From contig NZ_SEWW01000002.1 in assembly GCF_011090385.1 (NCBI RefSeq), positions 27,825 through 51,824 of the forward strand: 24,000 nt of DNA. Reading direction: 5' to 3'. A model generated the notes under the pieces. It made no database searches. It saw only the letters and a list, made by a program, of their open reading frames with translations, and was not told where the DNA came from. Position numbers and translations under genes: made by a program. This stretch comes from Aquirufa beregesia (GTDB lineage: Bacteria; Bacteroidota; Bacteroidia; Cytophagales; Spirosomataceae). This document shows, in pieces, positions 1 to 8,870 of the stretch. The stretch's first letter is position 1; each line of letters begins with the position of its first letter.

Positions 1-54
1 CTACCATTTTTACTCATTCATATTATAGGGAGAATCAGCTATAAGTGAAATAGT

Positions 55-62
55 TACATTTG
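55..62 (+). promoter_or_regulatory. candidate Bacteroidota -7 promoter element (TACATTTG)
   Basis: Exact match to the TAnnTTTG -7 consensus of the Bacteroidota primary sigma factor. It lies 17 nt upstream of ATG 80. Confidence 0.4.
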
Positions 63-79
63 GAACAAATTTGAAAATC

Positions 80-994
80 ATGGAAAAAGTAATTGACCTT
101 AACCAAATTAGCGAGTATAATGCGGCCAATAATCATACCACACTTCACCCTTTAGTGAGTGTCATAGATTTTTCTAAAGCGAACGTACGTGATTGGGGGA
201 AGTCGATAACTCGTGTCAAATTTCAATATGGCCTGTATTGTATTTATTTGAAAGATGTCAAATGTGGAGATATTGTGTACGGTCGACATACCTATGATTA
301 CCAAGCTGGAACATTAGTCTTTTTTGCCCCTGGTCAAGTATCCGAATTTGAGATTCCAGGAGAGCCTTACCAGCCTAAAGGTTATGGTCTGGTTTTTCAT
401 CCTGATTTGATTCTTGGAACTGCACTAGCCAAGGCTATCCCTTTATATCATTTTTTTAGTTATAAATCCAACGAAGCTTTGCACATTTCGGATGCTGAAA
501 GACAGGTTGTATTGGATTGTCTAGCCAAGATTGAATTTGAATTGAATCAAGCAGTGGATAAACACAGCAAGAAATTGATAACAGCTAATATTGAATTGTT
601 TTTGAATTATTGCGAACGCTTTTATGACCGCCAATTTATTTCTAGAGAACATGTCAATCAAGGTGTTTTGTCCAAATTTGAAGACTTATTAAATACCTAT
701 TTCTTGTCGGAGAAGCCACAAATAGTAGGTCTGCCGTCTGTAGCATATTTTGCTGATGAACTACATCTTTCTCCCAATTATTTTGGGGATTTAATTAAAA
801 AAGAAACAGGAAAATCGGTGAAGGAATTGATTCAGAATAAATTAATTGATGTAGCCAAAGAACGCATTTTTGATGGGGGAAAATCCATCAACGAAATTGC
901 CCATGATTTAGGGTTTAAATATCCACAGCATTTTACAAGGGTCTTTAAACAACACGTAGGAAATACACCTTTGCAATTCCGCCATCTGAATTAA
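80..994 (+). CDS. AraC/XylS-family transcriptional regulator
   Basis: The C-terminal ~100 aa carry the double helix-turn-helix AraC signature (SVAYFADELHLSPNYFGDLIKKETGKSVKELIQNKLIDVAKERI ... INEIAHDLGFKYPQHFTRVFKQHVGNTPLQFR). The N-terminal half looks like a ligand-sensing domain. The ORF track opens at TTG 71; I prefer ATG 80 (MEKVIDL...) because of the upstream -7 motif. Confidence 0.9.
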   Translation: MEKVIDLNQISEYNAANNHTTLHPLVSVIDFSKANVRDWGKSITRVKFQYGLYCIYLKDVKCGDIVYGRHTYDYQAGTLVFFAPGQVSEFEIPGEPYQPKGYGLVFHPDLILGTALAKAIPLYHFFSYKSNEALHISDAERQVVLDCLAKIEFELNQAVDKHSKKLITANIELFLNYCERFYDRQFISREHVNQGVLSKFEDLLNTYFLSEKPQIVGLPSVAYFADELHLSPNYFGDLIKKETGKSVKELIQNKLIDVAKERIFDGGKSINEIAHDLGFKYPQHFTRVFKQHVGNTPLQFRHLN

Positions 995-1003
995 TCTACA
1001 TTT

Positions 1004-1864
1004 ATGTCTTTTGTATCGTTAAATAACGGTGTTGAAATGCCCATTTTAGGTTTTGGAGTATTCCAAATTCCTGATGCTTTTGCTTGTGAAAAAAGTGTCA
1101 GTGAAGCCTTGGAAGTGGGTTATCGGTCCATTGACACGGCCGCATCGTATGGTAATGAAGCTGCAGTAGGGTTGGCCATTAAGTCTTCTCAAATACCCCG
1201 CCAAGAGATATTCATCACCACTAAATTTTGGGTTCAAGGAAAGGGATTTGAAGGGACTTTAGCTGCCTTTGATACATCGATGCAAAAATTGCAGCTTGAT
1301 TATCTAGATTTATATTTGATTCATCAGCCTTACGGGGATGTATTTGGAGAATGGCGTGCCATGGGAAAATTATACCATGAAGGGCGCATCCGAGCGATTG
1401 GCGTAAGTAATTTTCAACCTGATCGTATTGTGGACTTACTGAATCATACGGAGGTAGTTCCAGCCATCAATCAAGTAGAAACACATCCATTTCAACAACA
1501 AATTACGAACCAACAATTTTTGCAGGAGCATCAAATTCAAATGGAATCTTGGGGCCCTTTTGCCGAAGGGAAAAATGGGATGTTTGAAAATTCGGTGCTG
1601 GCTTCTATAGCTCAGGCACATGGAAAATCCATCGCTCAAATTATTTTACGTTGGCTTATCCAGCGGGGAATTGTAGTTATTCCTAAAACAGTTAATCGAT
1701 ATCGGATGGTTGAGAATTTTCAAATATTTGATTTCAGTCTGACTGAAGGAGAAATGGAAATGATTCAAACATTGGATACAAAGACCAGTAGCTTTTTTGA
1801 TCACCGCGATCCTACTATGGTTAAATGGTTGGGAACAAGGAATATAGAAAATGGAATTGTTTGA
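1004..1864 (+). CDS. aldo/keto reductase (2,5-diketo-D-gluconate reductase-like AKR)
   Basis: 286 aa. The AKR catalytic tetrad is present in its usual contexts: D (SIDTAASYG), Y (ASYGNE), K (ITTKFW), H (LIHQP). The gene starts 9 nt after the AraC stop codon. Confidence 0.9.
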   Translation: MSFVSLNNGVEMPILGFGVFQIPDAFACEKSVSEALEVGYRSIDTAASYGNEAAVGLAIKSSQIPRQEIFITTKFWVQGKGFEGTLAAFDTSMQKLQLDYLDLYLIHQPYGDVFGEWRAMGKLYHEGRIRAIGVSNFQPDRIVDLLNHTEVVPAINQVETHPFQQQITNQQFLQEHQIQMESWGPFAEGKNGMFENSVLASIAQAHGKSIAQIILRWLIQRGIVVIPKTVNRYRMVENFQIFDFSLTEGEMEMIQTLDTKTSSFFDHRDPTMVKWLGTRNIENGIV

Positions 1865-1894
1865 TTTGTGTAATTTTTACGCTTTCTATTTGAA

Positions 1895-1902
1895 TACATT
1901 TG
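1895..1902 (+). promoter_or_regulatory. candidate Bacteroidota -7 promoter element (TACATTTG)
   Basis: Exact TAnnTTTG match 25 nt upstream of ATG 1928, in the 63-nt gap after the AKR gene. Confidence 0.4.
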
Positions 1903-1927
1903 TACACCTTTTTATAAATATCAAACC

Positions 1928-2386
1928 ATGATAAAGAAATTCACCTTACGGATTAACAAGAAATCTCAGACTGTTGAGGCAGATGAAAACATGCCGCTTT
2001 TGTGGGTGCTTCGAGATGTATTAGATTTAAAAGGAACCAAGTATGGTTGTGGTGTGGGTTCATGTGGTGCATGCACGGTACATTTAAATGGTATCGCAGT
2101 TCGTTCCTGCCAATTGCCTATTTCAGCTTTGGCCAATCAAAATATCACCACCATTGAAGGGCTTGCAGAAAAAGGAGATCATCCTGTTCAAAAGGCTTGG
2201 TTAGATGTAGATGTGGCTCAATGTGGTTATTGCCAATCAGGTCAAATCATGAGTGCGGCAGCTTTATTAAAAAGCAATCCGCATCCCAGCGAAGTAGATA
2301 TTGACAATTTTATGTCTGGAAATATTTGTCGATGCGGAACCTATACGCGTATTAAAAAAGCCATCCAACAAGCAGCCTCTAAGTAA
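1928..2386 (+). CDS. (2Fe-2S)-binding small subunit of an IorA-type molybdenum hydroxylase / aldehyde oxidoreductase
   Basis: 152 aa with both [2Fe-2S] cysteine motifs: plant-ferredoxin-like [11 protein letters not shown], and a second cluster QCGYCQSGQ ... NICRCGTY. Confidence 0.9.
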   Translation: MIKKFTLRINKKSQTVEADENMPLLWVLRDVLDLKGTKYGCGVGSCGACTVHLNGIAVRSCQLPISALANQNITTIEGLAEKGDHPVQKAWLDVDVAQCGYCQSGQIMSAAALLKSNPHPSEVDIDNFMSGNICRCGTYTRIKKAIQQAASK

Positions 2387-2387
2387 C

Positions 2388-4622
2388 ATGAAAAAGACAG
2401 ACACAACTTACAGTAGACGCTCGTTTTTAAAAGTTTCTTCACTTTCAGGCGGAGGTTTGATGTTAGGTATTTCGTGGTTGGCAAGTGCGAAACCGGAAGC
2501 GACTTTAGCGGCATTGAATATTGAACCTACTTGGCAAGAGCTGACAAGTTATATTAAAATCACTCCAGAAAATGTAATTAAGATTTTCTCTCCTAATCCT
2601 GAGTTTGGACAGAATGTCATGACCTCATTACCGATGCTGATTGCTGAGGAATTGGACGTTGATTTTAAAAGCATCGTAGTAGAACAAGCAAGTTACAATC
2701 CTGCGCTTTTTAGCCGCCAATTTACGGGAGGAAGCCAGTCGATCCGGTCAGCTTGGAAACTACTTCGTACTGCAGGAGCATCGGCTCGGCAAATGATCTT
2801 GACGGCAGCTAGCCAAGCATGGAATGTTCCTGTTTCGGAATTGACAACTTCCAAAGGACGGGTGAAACATGCCGCTAGTGGAAAATCAGCAAGCTATGGT
2901 TCTTTCTCTACCGCAGCATCCAAATTGCCAGTACCCAAAGACATCGTATTAAAAGCGAATAAAGGGTTTAGACTTTTAGGAACTCCACAGAAAAATGTGG
3001 AAGGACCAAAGATTGTCCATGGTCAACCCTTGTTTGGTATGGATTATAAAGAAGCAGGAATGCTCATTGCCATGACCGAGCGTCCCCCTGCTTTTGGCAT
3101 GCGTTTGAAATCATTTGATGCTACGGCAGCCAAAAAAATGCCTGGGATTGTGGATGTATTCACGATTCAAGTGTATGAGCCTACACAAAAATTGGCCATG
3201 TTTGATACTCGTTCATTCAATGAAGTCATTGCGGTAGTAGGTAAGACAACATGGGATGTGATGAATGCACGTAAAAAGCTGAATGTAGTTTGGGAAAATG
3301 CACCAGATACCAAGGAGATCATGAACAACCGTGAGACGATTGTTCCTGCTGGGCTGGAAAGTACTTCCAAGCATTATGCGGACATGTTGGCCATGGATAA
3401 AAAGCCAGGTCGTGTGGAGCGTAAAGATGGTGAACCAGAAAAAGCTTTTGAGGCAGCGAAGCATGTTATTGAGCGCACCTATACCGCACCATTTTTGGCA
3501 CATAATATTATGGAGCCGACTAATACTTTTGCTCATTTTCAAGGAAATAAAGTGAGGTTTGTGGCACCTATTCAGGGCCCAGATTTTATAGCCAATACGA
3601 TTGCAATGCGTTTGGGGATTCCTAAAGAAAATATTGAGATACAGTTAGCCCGTATGGGTGGTGGATTTGGTCGTCGGGCATATGGTCATTATATGGTGGA
3701 GGCCGCTTTGATTTCCAAGCAAGCTAATGCACCTATTAAATTAGTTTACAGTCGGGAAGATGATGTAAGCGGAGGTATTTATCGCCCAACCTATCAGCTG
3801 ACCTATCGTGCGGCATTTGATGAAAATAAGCGTTTAACAGCGATGCACATTAAAGGCGGAGGCATTCCTGAATCACCTTTACATGCGAATCGTTTTCCCG
3901 CGGGAGCATTGGATAATTATTTAGCAGAAAGCTGGTTTATTCCTTCCAACATCACCGTGGGAGCTTTCCGGGCACCTCGATCCAACTTCAATGCAGCGGC
4001 GGAGCAGTCGTTTTTAGATGAGGTTTCAGAATACATGGGCAAGGACCCGATTGCTTTCCGTTTGGAATTATTGCAAAGAGCCAAGGATAATCCTGTAGGT
4101 AAAAACAATGATTATGATGCATCCCGTTATATGGGCGTGTTGGAATTAGTACGCGATAAATCGGGATGGGGCAAGCCAGAGAATGCCAATAAAAAACGCG
4201 GTGTATCGGCTTATTTCTGCCACAATTCGTATGCTGCACAAGTCATAGACCTTCGAGTGAAAGATGGTCAGGTAATTGTAGACCATGTTACTTCCGCAGT
4301 GGACTGTGGAGTTGTCGTAAATCCTGAAGGGGCCAAAAATATGGCAGAAGGTGCAGCTATCGATGGAATAGGGAATGCATTATTTGGTAACTTAAGTTTT
4401 ACAGATGGACGTACAGATCAAAAGAATTTTGATACCTATCGGATGATTCGCCATAATGAGGCGCCTAAGAAAATCGATGTACATTTTGTAGCGAATGAGA
4501 CGGATCCTACGGGTTTGGGAGAGCCTCCTTTCCCACCAATTTTTGGAGCCATGGCCAATGCACTTTATAAGGCTACAGGTAAGCGATTGTACAAACAGCC
4601 TTTTGGGAATCAAATAGGCTAG
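2388..4622 (+). CDS. molybdopterin-binding large subunit (IorB / xanthine dehydrogenase family) with a Tat signal
   Basis: The ORF track starts at 2301. However, ATG 2388 lies 1 nt after the upstream stop codon and gives MKKTDTTYSRRSFLKVSS, a twin-arginine S-R-R-x-F-L-K motif followed by a hydrophobic stretch. The length (~744 aa) and sequence (GGGFGRR, EPPFPP near the C-terminus) fit aldehyde oxidase/xanthine dehydrogenase beta subunits. Confidence 0.9.
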   Translation: MKKTDTTYSRRSFLKVSSLSGGGLMLGISWLASAKPEATLAALNIEPTWQELTSYIKITPENVIKIFSPNPEFGQNVMTSLPMLIAEELDVDFKSIVVEQASYNPALFSRQFTGGSQSIRSAWKLLRTAGASARQMILTAASQAWNVPVSELTTSKGRVKHAASGKSASYGSFSTAASKLPVPKDIVLKANKGFRLLGTPQKNVEGPKIVHGQPLFGMDYKEAGMLIAMTERPPAFGMRLKSFDATAAKKMPGIVDVFTIQVYEPTQKLAMFDTRSFNEVIAVVGKTTWDVMNARKKLNVVWENAPDTKEIMNNRETIVPAGLESTSKHYADMLAMDKKPGRVERKDGEPEKAFEAAKHVIERTYTAPFLAHNIMEPTNTFAHFQGNKVRFVAPIQGPDFIANTIAMRLGIPKENIEIQLARMGGGFGRRAYGHYMVEAALISKQANAPIKLVYSREDDVSGGIYRPTYQLTYRAAFDENKRLTAMHIKGGGIPESPLHANRFPAGALDNYLAESWFIPSNITVGAFRAPRSNFNAAAEQSFLDEVSEYMGKDPIAFRLELLQRAKDNPVGKNNDYDASRYMGVLELVRDKSGWGKPENANKKRGVSAYFCHNSYAAQVIDLRVKDGQVIVDHVTSAVDCGVVVNPEGAKNMAEGAAIDGIGNALFGNLSFTDGRTDQKNFDTYRMIRHNEAPKKIDVHFVANETDPTGLGEPPFPPIFGAMANALYKATGKRLYKQPFGNQIG

Positions 4623-4637
4623 TCTTTTCAGGAATAG

Positions 4638-4667
4638 AAAGCCCATCCATGCCATTGTATGGGCTTT
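4638..4667 (+). terminator. probable intrinsic terminator
   Basis: AAAGCCCAT (4638-4646) pairs with ATGGGCTTT (4659-4667) around a 12-nt loop. The stem runs into a TTTT tract and begins 16 nt after the stop codon at 4622. Confidence 0.55.
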
Positions 4668-4920
4668 TCGTGGATTTCAATAAAGTACTTTACATGCTGG
4701 ATGGGATAGATTTTTTCATTTACATGCATATTGAAGCATGTTTTTTCCTTAATGAAAGGTAACAGACATTTTTATCAAAATTTTATAGAATTCATTTGTT
4801 TCTATAGCGATTTAAACGTTTAGCCAATACGCTAAAGACGGAGTCTTCATCCAGAGCTTCCCCCTCATTTTATCGGAAATCGGGATGAATTTTGTATTAT
4901 CGTAATCTAGATATACAACG

Positions 4921-5841
4921 ATGACATTCCTTTCTAAGAAATTGACCTCCTATGGCTTATGCCTATTCCTACTATTGCAGGTAAATTCCATGCTGGGCCA
5001 AGCCACCAATCCTGTGTTAAAGCTTTTTCCTGTCGGCACAGTTCTCCATGCCAACATCCCTTTTGCTCAGGATACCTTGAAAAAGCATTTATTAGATATT
5101 TACTTGCCAGCTAATACGACGGGCAAAATTCCTTTGGTGGTCTTCATTCATGGTGGAGGCTGGTTGGTGAATGATAAATATGCCGATATGGGTTATATGG
5201 GGAATACGCTGACCGCCATGATCAATCGGGGCTTTGCCGTGGCATCCATTGATTACCGCTGGGCTAGTCAGGCTATTTTTCCTGCGCAGATTCAAGATTG
5301 CTATCAAGCACTAACCTTTCTTTGCGAGCAGGCGGATAAGTACCAACTAGATAAAAACAAAATCGCTATTATGGGCTTTTCTGCCGGTGGACACCTTGCC
5401 TCGTTGGTTGGCCTAGCCAATAACAACAAAATTCCTGAATTTTTCATGAAAGGGAAAGCTCAGAAATTCAATATCAAAGCTGTCGTGGATTTTTATGGTC
5501 CTTCGGATTTAACGGGTCTTGAAAGTAGTGATGACCCTAAGGCTCCAGAAGCCATATTATTGGGGGCTGTTCCAATAGAGCGCCCAGATTTGGCCAAAAA
5601 AGCGAGTCCGGTAAGTTATGTAGACGCACAGGATCCATCCTTTTTAATTATTCATGGGGAGAAGGACAAGAGTGTCAACAACAAACAATCCAAATTGTTG
5701 AGCGGATGGCTTAGCAGCGTGGGAGTAAAAAATGAGCTAATCATTGTCAAAGATGCCCCGCATTTTGGGCGAATGTTTGATACAGAAGAGCTAAAAACCA
5801 AGGTGTTGCATTTCCTAGAAGGAGCTTTACAGCAGCCTTAA
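4921..5841 (+). CDS. secreted alpha/beta-hydrolase (carboxylesterase/lipase type)
   Basis: N-terminal signal peptide, HGGGW oxyanion-hole motif, GFSAGG nucleophile elbow, and downstream HGEKD and APH motifs. Confidence 0.85.
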   Translation: MTFLSKKLTSYGLCLFLLLQVNSMLGQATNPVLKLFPVGTVLHANIPFAQDTLKKHLLDIYLPANTTGKIPLVVFIHGGGWLVNDKYADMGYMGNTLTAMINRGFAVASIDYRWASQAIFPAQIQDCYQALTFLCEQADKYQLDKNKIAIMGFSAGGHLASLVGLANNNKIPEFFMKGKAQKFNIKAVVDFYGPSDLTGLESSDDPKAPEAILLGAVPIERPDLAKKASPVSYVDAQDPSFLIIHGEKDKSVNNKQSKLLSGWLSSVGVKNELIIVKDAPHFGRMFDTEELKTKVLHFLEGALQQP

Positions 5842-6599
5842 TTTATTCTCCTAAACTGGTGATTGAAGTTGTAATTTAATCCAACACTCCACAGAAGGTC
5901 ATCTCCCGCCAAAGCCGATCTTAATTTTTTGCTAAAAATAGTGGTTAAGGATATAGGACTTTTTTTCTTGGAAATGATCAATGACCCACTTAAGTAAGTA
6001 CCGTCTATATCATCCATTTTCAAGTAGAAAAATTGAGGAATGATACTCGCTTGCCAGTTTTTGTGCCAAGAGAGATTGGAGAAAATGGTTTTAAATGCTA
6101 AAAAAGTCGTGCTTTGAGTGACGTCTTTAGTTAATCCAGTCGAGCCTAAATAGTTGACCCCCAAGGCAATATTTTTGTGGACCGATAAGGTGGGTGTGGC
6201 CTCCCAAGCAAAGAATCGCTGCACTTTTAAATAACTGGTATTAATACCATTGACATTCGCATCTTCTGTACGAAAAACAATGGCAGGATGCGCCCCCACG
6301 CTCATTTTGAAGTTTTTTTGTTGGATGGTTTTATATCTCCACCAAAGTACAAATGCCCATGGTTTCCCGTCCATTCCAAAGCGGAACATCGGATCAAAGC
6401 TCAAGCGGCCTTTACCGATGGATAAATCAAATAATATGGCAGGTTTACCCAAGGAAAAAGATGGAATTAAAGAAACGCCATTATTGGTAGCAGTAATTTG
6501 ACCAGCAAAAAAAGAAGGTGTTTTGGTTGTATCAGTTTGAGCGAATAGATGGTTGACACTTGCTAGGAATACTAGCAAGAGCGTGGTTTTAAATTTCAT
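5838..6599 (-). CDS. exported beta-strand-rich protein of unknown function (paralog B)
   Basis: 253 aa with a signal peptide (MKFKTTLLLVFLASVNHLFA/QTD) and alternating hydrophobic patterns throughout. It is collinear with the neighbouring ORF 6661-7419 (ATNNGVSLIPSFSLGKPA ... GKGRLSFDP ... KPW ... WWRY ... FKMSVG). Confidence 0.7.
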   Translation of the reverse strand: MKFKTTLLLVFLASVNHLFAQTDTTKTPSFFAGQITATNNGVSLIPSFSLGKPAILFDLSIGKGRLSFDPMFRFGMDGKPWAFVLWWRYKTIQQKNFKMSVGAHPAIVFRTEDANVNGINTSYLKVQRFFAWEATPTLSVHKNIALGVNYLGSTGLTKDVTQSTTFLAFKTIFSNLSWHKNWQASIIPQFFYLKMDDIDGTYLSGSLIISKKKSPISLTTIFSKKLRSALAGDDLLWSVGLNYNFNHQFRRIN

Positions 6600-6660
6600 T
6601 AGGATTGATTAAAGAGAGATGCAAAGGTCCGTATTTTTTTACTAAAATGAAATTAGGGGC

Positions 6661-7419
6661 TTATTTTACCCCTTTTAATGGATATACGAGCTTGATATTC
6701 CACAAAAAGGGCCTTGAGCCTTCTACCTTAGATTCAAAGGTTTTGTTCATGGTAGATTTAAAAATGATAGGAAAATCTTGTAAAGAGAGACTGATTTCAG
6801 AAGTCAAATAATAGCCGTCATTGCCGTCGATGTTGAGGTAATACAATTGCGGAGTAATGCCCAAAGTTACTTTTTTACTTAGTAGAATTTGGGATATATC
6901 GGCATACAGTGTGACAAAGTTTAAAGTACGTAAAGTGCCAGCATCCAAACCATGCGACCTTAAAAAGTAGATTCCCATGGTTAGATGTTTGGACAATTGA
7001 TAACGAGGAAACATTTCTAGAACAAAATAGCGATCCGTTTTTTGAATTTGGATAGAATCATTCGTGGTAGGGATGGGCATTGTAACAAAATTGAGACCTA
7101 AATGCGTCCCCACATTCATCTTAAATTTTGATTGATTTGGACTTAGGTTATAGCGAAACCAAAATAGGGAATACCAAGGTTTGGCTTCTAGTGAAAAGGC
7201 TAATTCTGGGTCAAAGCTGAACCTTCCTTTGGAAACGGACATATTAACTATGGTAGCGGGCTTTTCCAATGAGAAAGAAGGAATAATTGAAAGACCATTG
7301 TTGGTGATACCTATAGAACCAGTAATTTGGGTAGGCTTTGGTAGTTGAATCTCTTGAGAAAAGGTAGTTTTTGATTGTAATAAGAATAGACAAAGGAGAT
7401 AAATGCCTGCTTTTTTCAT
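6661..7419 (-). CDS. exported beta-strand-rich protein of unknown function (paralog A)
   Basis: 252 aa with a signal peptide (MKKAGIYLLCLFLLQSKTTFS/QEI). It shares blocks with ORF 5838-6599 (ITNNGLSIIPSFSLEKPA ... SKGRFSFDP ... KPW ... FWFRY ... FKMNVG). Confidence 0.7.
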   Translation of the reverse strand: MKKAGIYLLCLFLLQSKTTFSQEIQLPKPTQITGSIGITNNGLSIIPSFSLEKPATIVNMSVSKGRFSFDPELAFSLEAKPWYSLFWFRYNLSPNQSKFKMNVGTHLGLNFVTMPIPTTNDSIQIQKTDRYFVLEMFPRYQLSKHLTMGIYFLRSHGLDAGTLRTLNFVTLYADISQILLSKKVTLGITPQLYYLNIDGNDGYYLTSEISLSLQDFPIIFKSTMNKTFESKVEGSRPFLWNIKLVYPLKGVK

Positions 7420-7512
7420 TTCCGTTTAATTTGCTTTAAATTGTAAAATTAGCCTGTTTCGATTGGCTGAGGATTATACATTTTACGGAAATGCTTACCA
7501 TTTTATAGCCAT

Positions 7513-8439
7513 ATGGAAGATAAGATTAAGGAAAAAGACTTTGCCATTAGGAATTTGGATTCAGTAGAATCATGTAATGCCTATAATGAGCATTCAACTA
7601 TTAATCCTTGGATAAGTATCATAGATTTTTCAAAATCCACACCTAAATGCCGGGAATGGATGCGTTTGGGTTTTTACTGCATTATGTTGAAAGATATCCA
7701 TTGTGGGGATTTGAAATATGGTATTAGTCAATATGATTACGATGCAGGGACGCTCTTGTTTTTTGCACCCAATCAGATCTATAAAGTAGACAAAGTAGGA
7801 AGCTTATCGGTCCCCCAAGGTTTATGTCTTGTATTTGATGAAGAGTTAATTCGAGGAACTTCTTTACAGAAGCAAATTCATAGATATTCCTTTTTTTCCT
7901 ATGAACATAATGAAGCCTTGCATGTGGATGAAGAAGAAAGAAATAATGTGATGGAAATTATAGCTAAAATTAATCGAGAAATTAGCCCAGAATTAGATGC
8001 TTTAAGTAAGAAATTAATTGTTACAAATATCGAATTACTTTTGGATTATTGCAGCCGATATTATCAAAGACAATTTACGAGTCGACAACCCTTGCATCAA
8101 CTCATTTCTGATAAATTTGCTGATTTAGTAAGAGAGTTTATAATCACAAGTAAATCAGATGATTATGGATTGCCAACGATAAATTATTTTGCGAATAAAT
8201 TGCATATATCGACCAATTATTTAGGAGATGTTATTAAGAAAGAAACCCAGCAAACGCCTATTGAAATTATGCATCAAATAATGATTAATCAGGCGAAAGA
8301 ATTATTGCATGATTTTGAGAAGAATATTAGTGAAATTTCTCATCAATTGGGCTTTACGTATGCGTCACATTTCACGCGCTTTTTTAAGAATAAAATGGGT
8401 CTTACTCCGATTGAATATCGACGAAATTTGAATCGGTAG
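7513..8439 (+). CDS. AraC/XylS-family transcriptional regulator (paralog of 80-994)
   Basis: 308 aa, alignable by eye over its full length with the first AraC (IDFSK, YCI.LKD..CGD..YG...YDY.AGTL.FFAP.Q, FFSY..NEALH, NIEL.L.YC.R.Y.RQF). The C-terminal HTH reads INYFANKLHISTNYLGDVIKKETQQTP ... ISHQLGFTYASHFTRFFKNKMGLTPIEYR. Confidence 0.9.
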   Translation: MEDKIKEKDFAIRNLDSVESCNAYNEHSTINPWISIIDFSKSTPKCREWMRLGFYCIMLKDIHCGDLKYGISQYDYDAGTLLFFAPNQIYKVDKVGSLSVPQGLCLVFDEELIRGTSLQKQIHRYSFFSYEHNEALHVDEEERNNVMEIIAKINREISPELDALSKKLIVTNIELLLDYCSRYYQRQFTSRQPLHQLISDKFADLVREFIITSKSDDYGLPTINYFANKLHISTNYLGDVIKKETQQTPIEIMHQIMINQAKELLHDFEKNISEISHQLGFTYASHFTRFFKNKMGLTPIEYRRNLNR

Positions 8440-8824
8440 ATTTTCTAAACTTTTGCTGTATTTTTTGCAAGACGATGCTTGTTTTCAAGAAAAACCGCAT
8501 TTGAGTAAAATCAATGAATATGAGCTTTTCGTCTCATATTCACGACCATCAGCTTAGGTCAGGTAGTAGATGCCTTTAGTTTAAAAGTAAATGGTCAAAC
8601 AGTGGCCATCGGCCAAATTAGCGCAAAAGTAGATCTAGGATCCAGTTTACAAGTAGGTGTCAATAAGATGAAGTTTCAGTAAGTACAACCTTAAATAATC
8701 GATTCTTTTCCTTGAATAAAGCCGTAGCTGACCGTGGAATTATTCAAGCCTATGGATGGATTGCTTGGGCCAGTTATTTTTCAACCATATACCAAACAAA
8801 TATTGAAAATCAATTAGTCAAAAA

Positions 8825-8855
8825 ATCCTCCTGAAAGTATAATTTTCAGGAGGAT
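8825..8855 (-). terminator. intrinsic terminator of the minus-strand cluster
   Basis: Perfect 12-bp stem, ATCCTCCTGAAA (8825-8836) with TTTCAGGAGGAT (8844-8855), and a 7-nt loop. On the minus strand it is followed by a T5-6 run (A-run 8820-8824). It lies 15 nt after the stop codon at 8871. Confidence 0.75.
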
Positions 8856-8870
8856 AATTTTGTTATATAT

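Noticed and set aside
997-1004. TACATTTA as a third TAnnTTTG-like promoter, placed in front of the AKR gene.
   Set aside because: It is an imperfect match (final A) and overlaps the ATG at 1004. A transcript starting downstream of it would lack the start codon. The AKR gene is more likely co-transcribed with the AraC gene.
1046-1639. Antisense ORFs 1046-1237 and 1436-1639 within the AKR gene. The same pattern applies to 5092-5307, 6250-6501, 9563-9760, 15951-16190, 18116-18322 and 20033-20335.
   Set aside because: Each is fully embedded opposite a well-supported CDS, and none has recognisable features. They are shadow ORFs.
2301-2387. An upstream start at 2301 for the large oxidoreductase subunit, giving an 86-nt overlap with the 2Fe-2S subunit gene.
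   Set aside because: ATG 2388 lies 1 nt after the upstream stop and yields a canonical Tat signal at the very N-terminus. The extension ([18 protein letters not shown]...) is just the out-of-frame reading of the upstream gene.
71-4622. The AraC, AKR and IorAB module as a novel system.
   Set aside because: This is a common, well-known type of aldehyde or N-heterocycle oxidoreductase arrangement with a local AraC regulator. Nothing in the sequence departs from the family norms.
3167-4655. Six short ORFs (63-109 aa; 3167-3370, 3213-3542, 3331-3555, 3917-4108, 3988-4239, 4392-4655) inside or antisense to the molybdopterin subunit gene.
   Set aside because: They lie almost entirely within a strongly supported 744-aa CDS. 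Their sequences are low-complexity and have no motifs. They are typical shadow ORFs.
4688-4746. Direct repeat TTTACATGC (4688-4696 and 4718-4726) and a small hairpin ACATGC-N8-GCATGT followed by T6 (4722-4746), upstream of the esterase gene.
   Set aside because: The repeats are short, the stem is only 6 bp, and the site is about 180-230 nt from the nearest start codon. It could be a second weak terminator, but the evidence is too thin to call.
6605-6811. Plus-strand 68-aa ORF spanning the gap between the two paralogous beta-rich genes.
   Set aside because: Most of it is antisense to the 3' end of ORF 6661-7419. It has no ribosome-binding or promoter context and no motifs.
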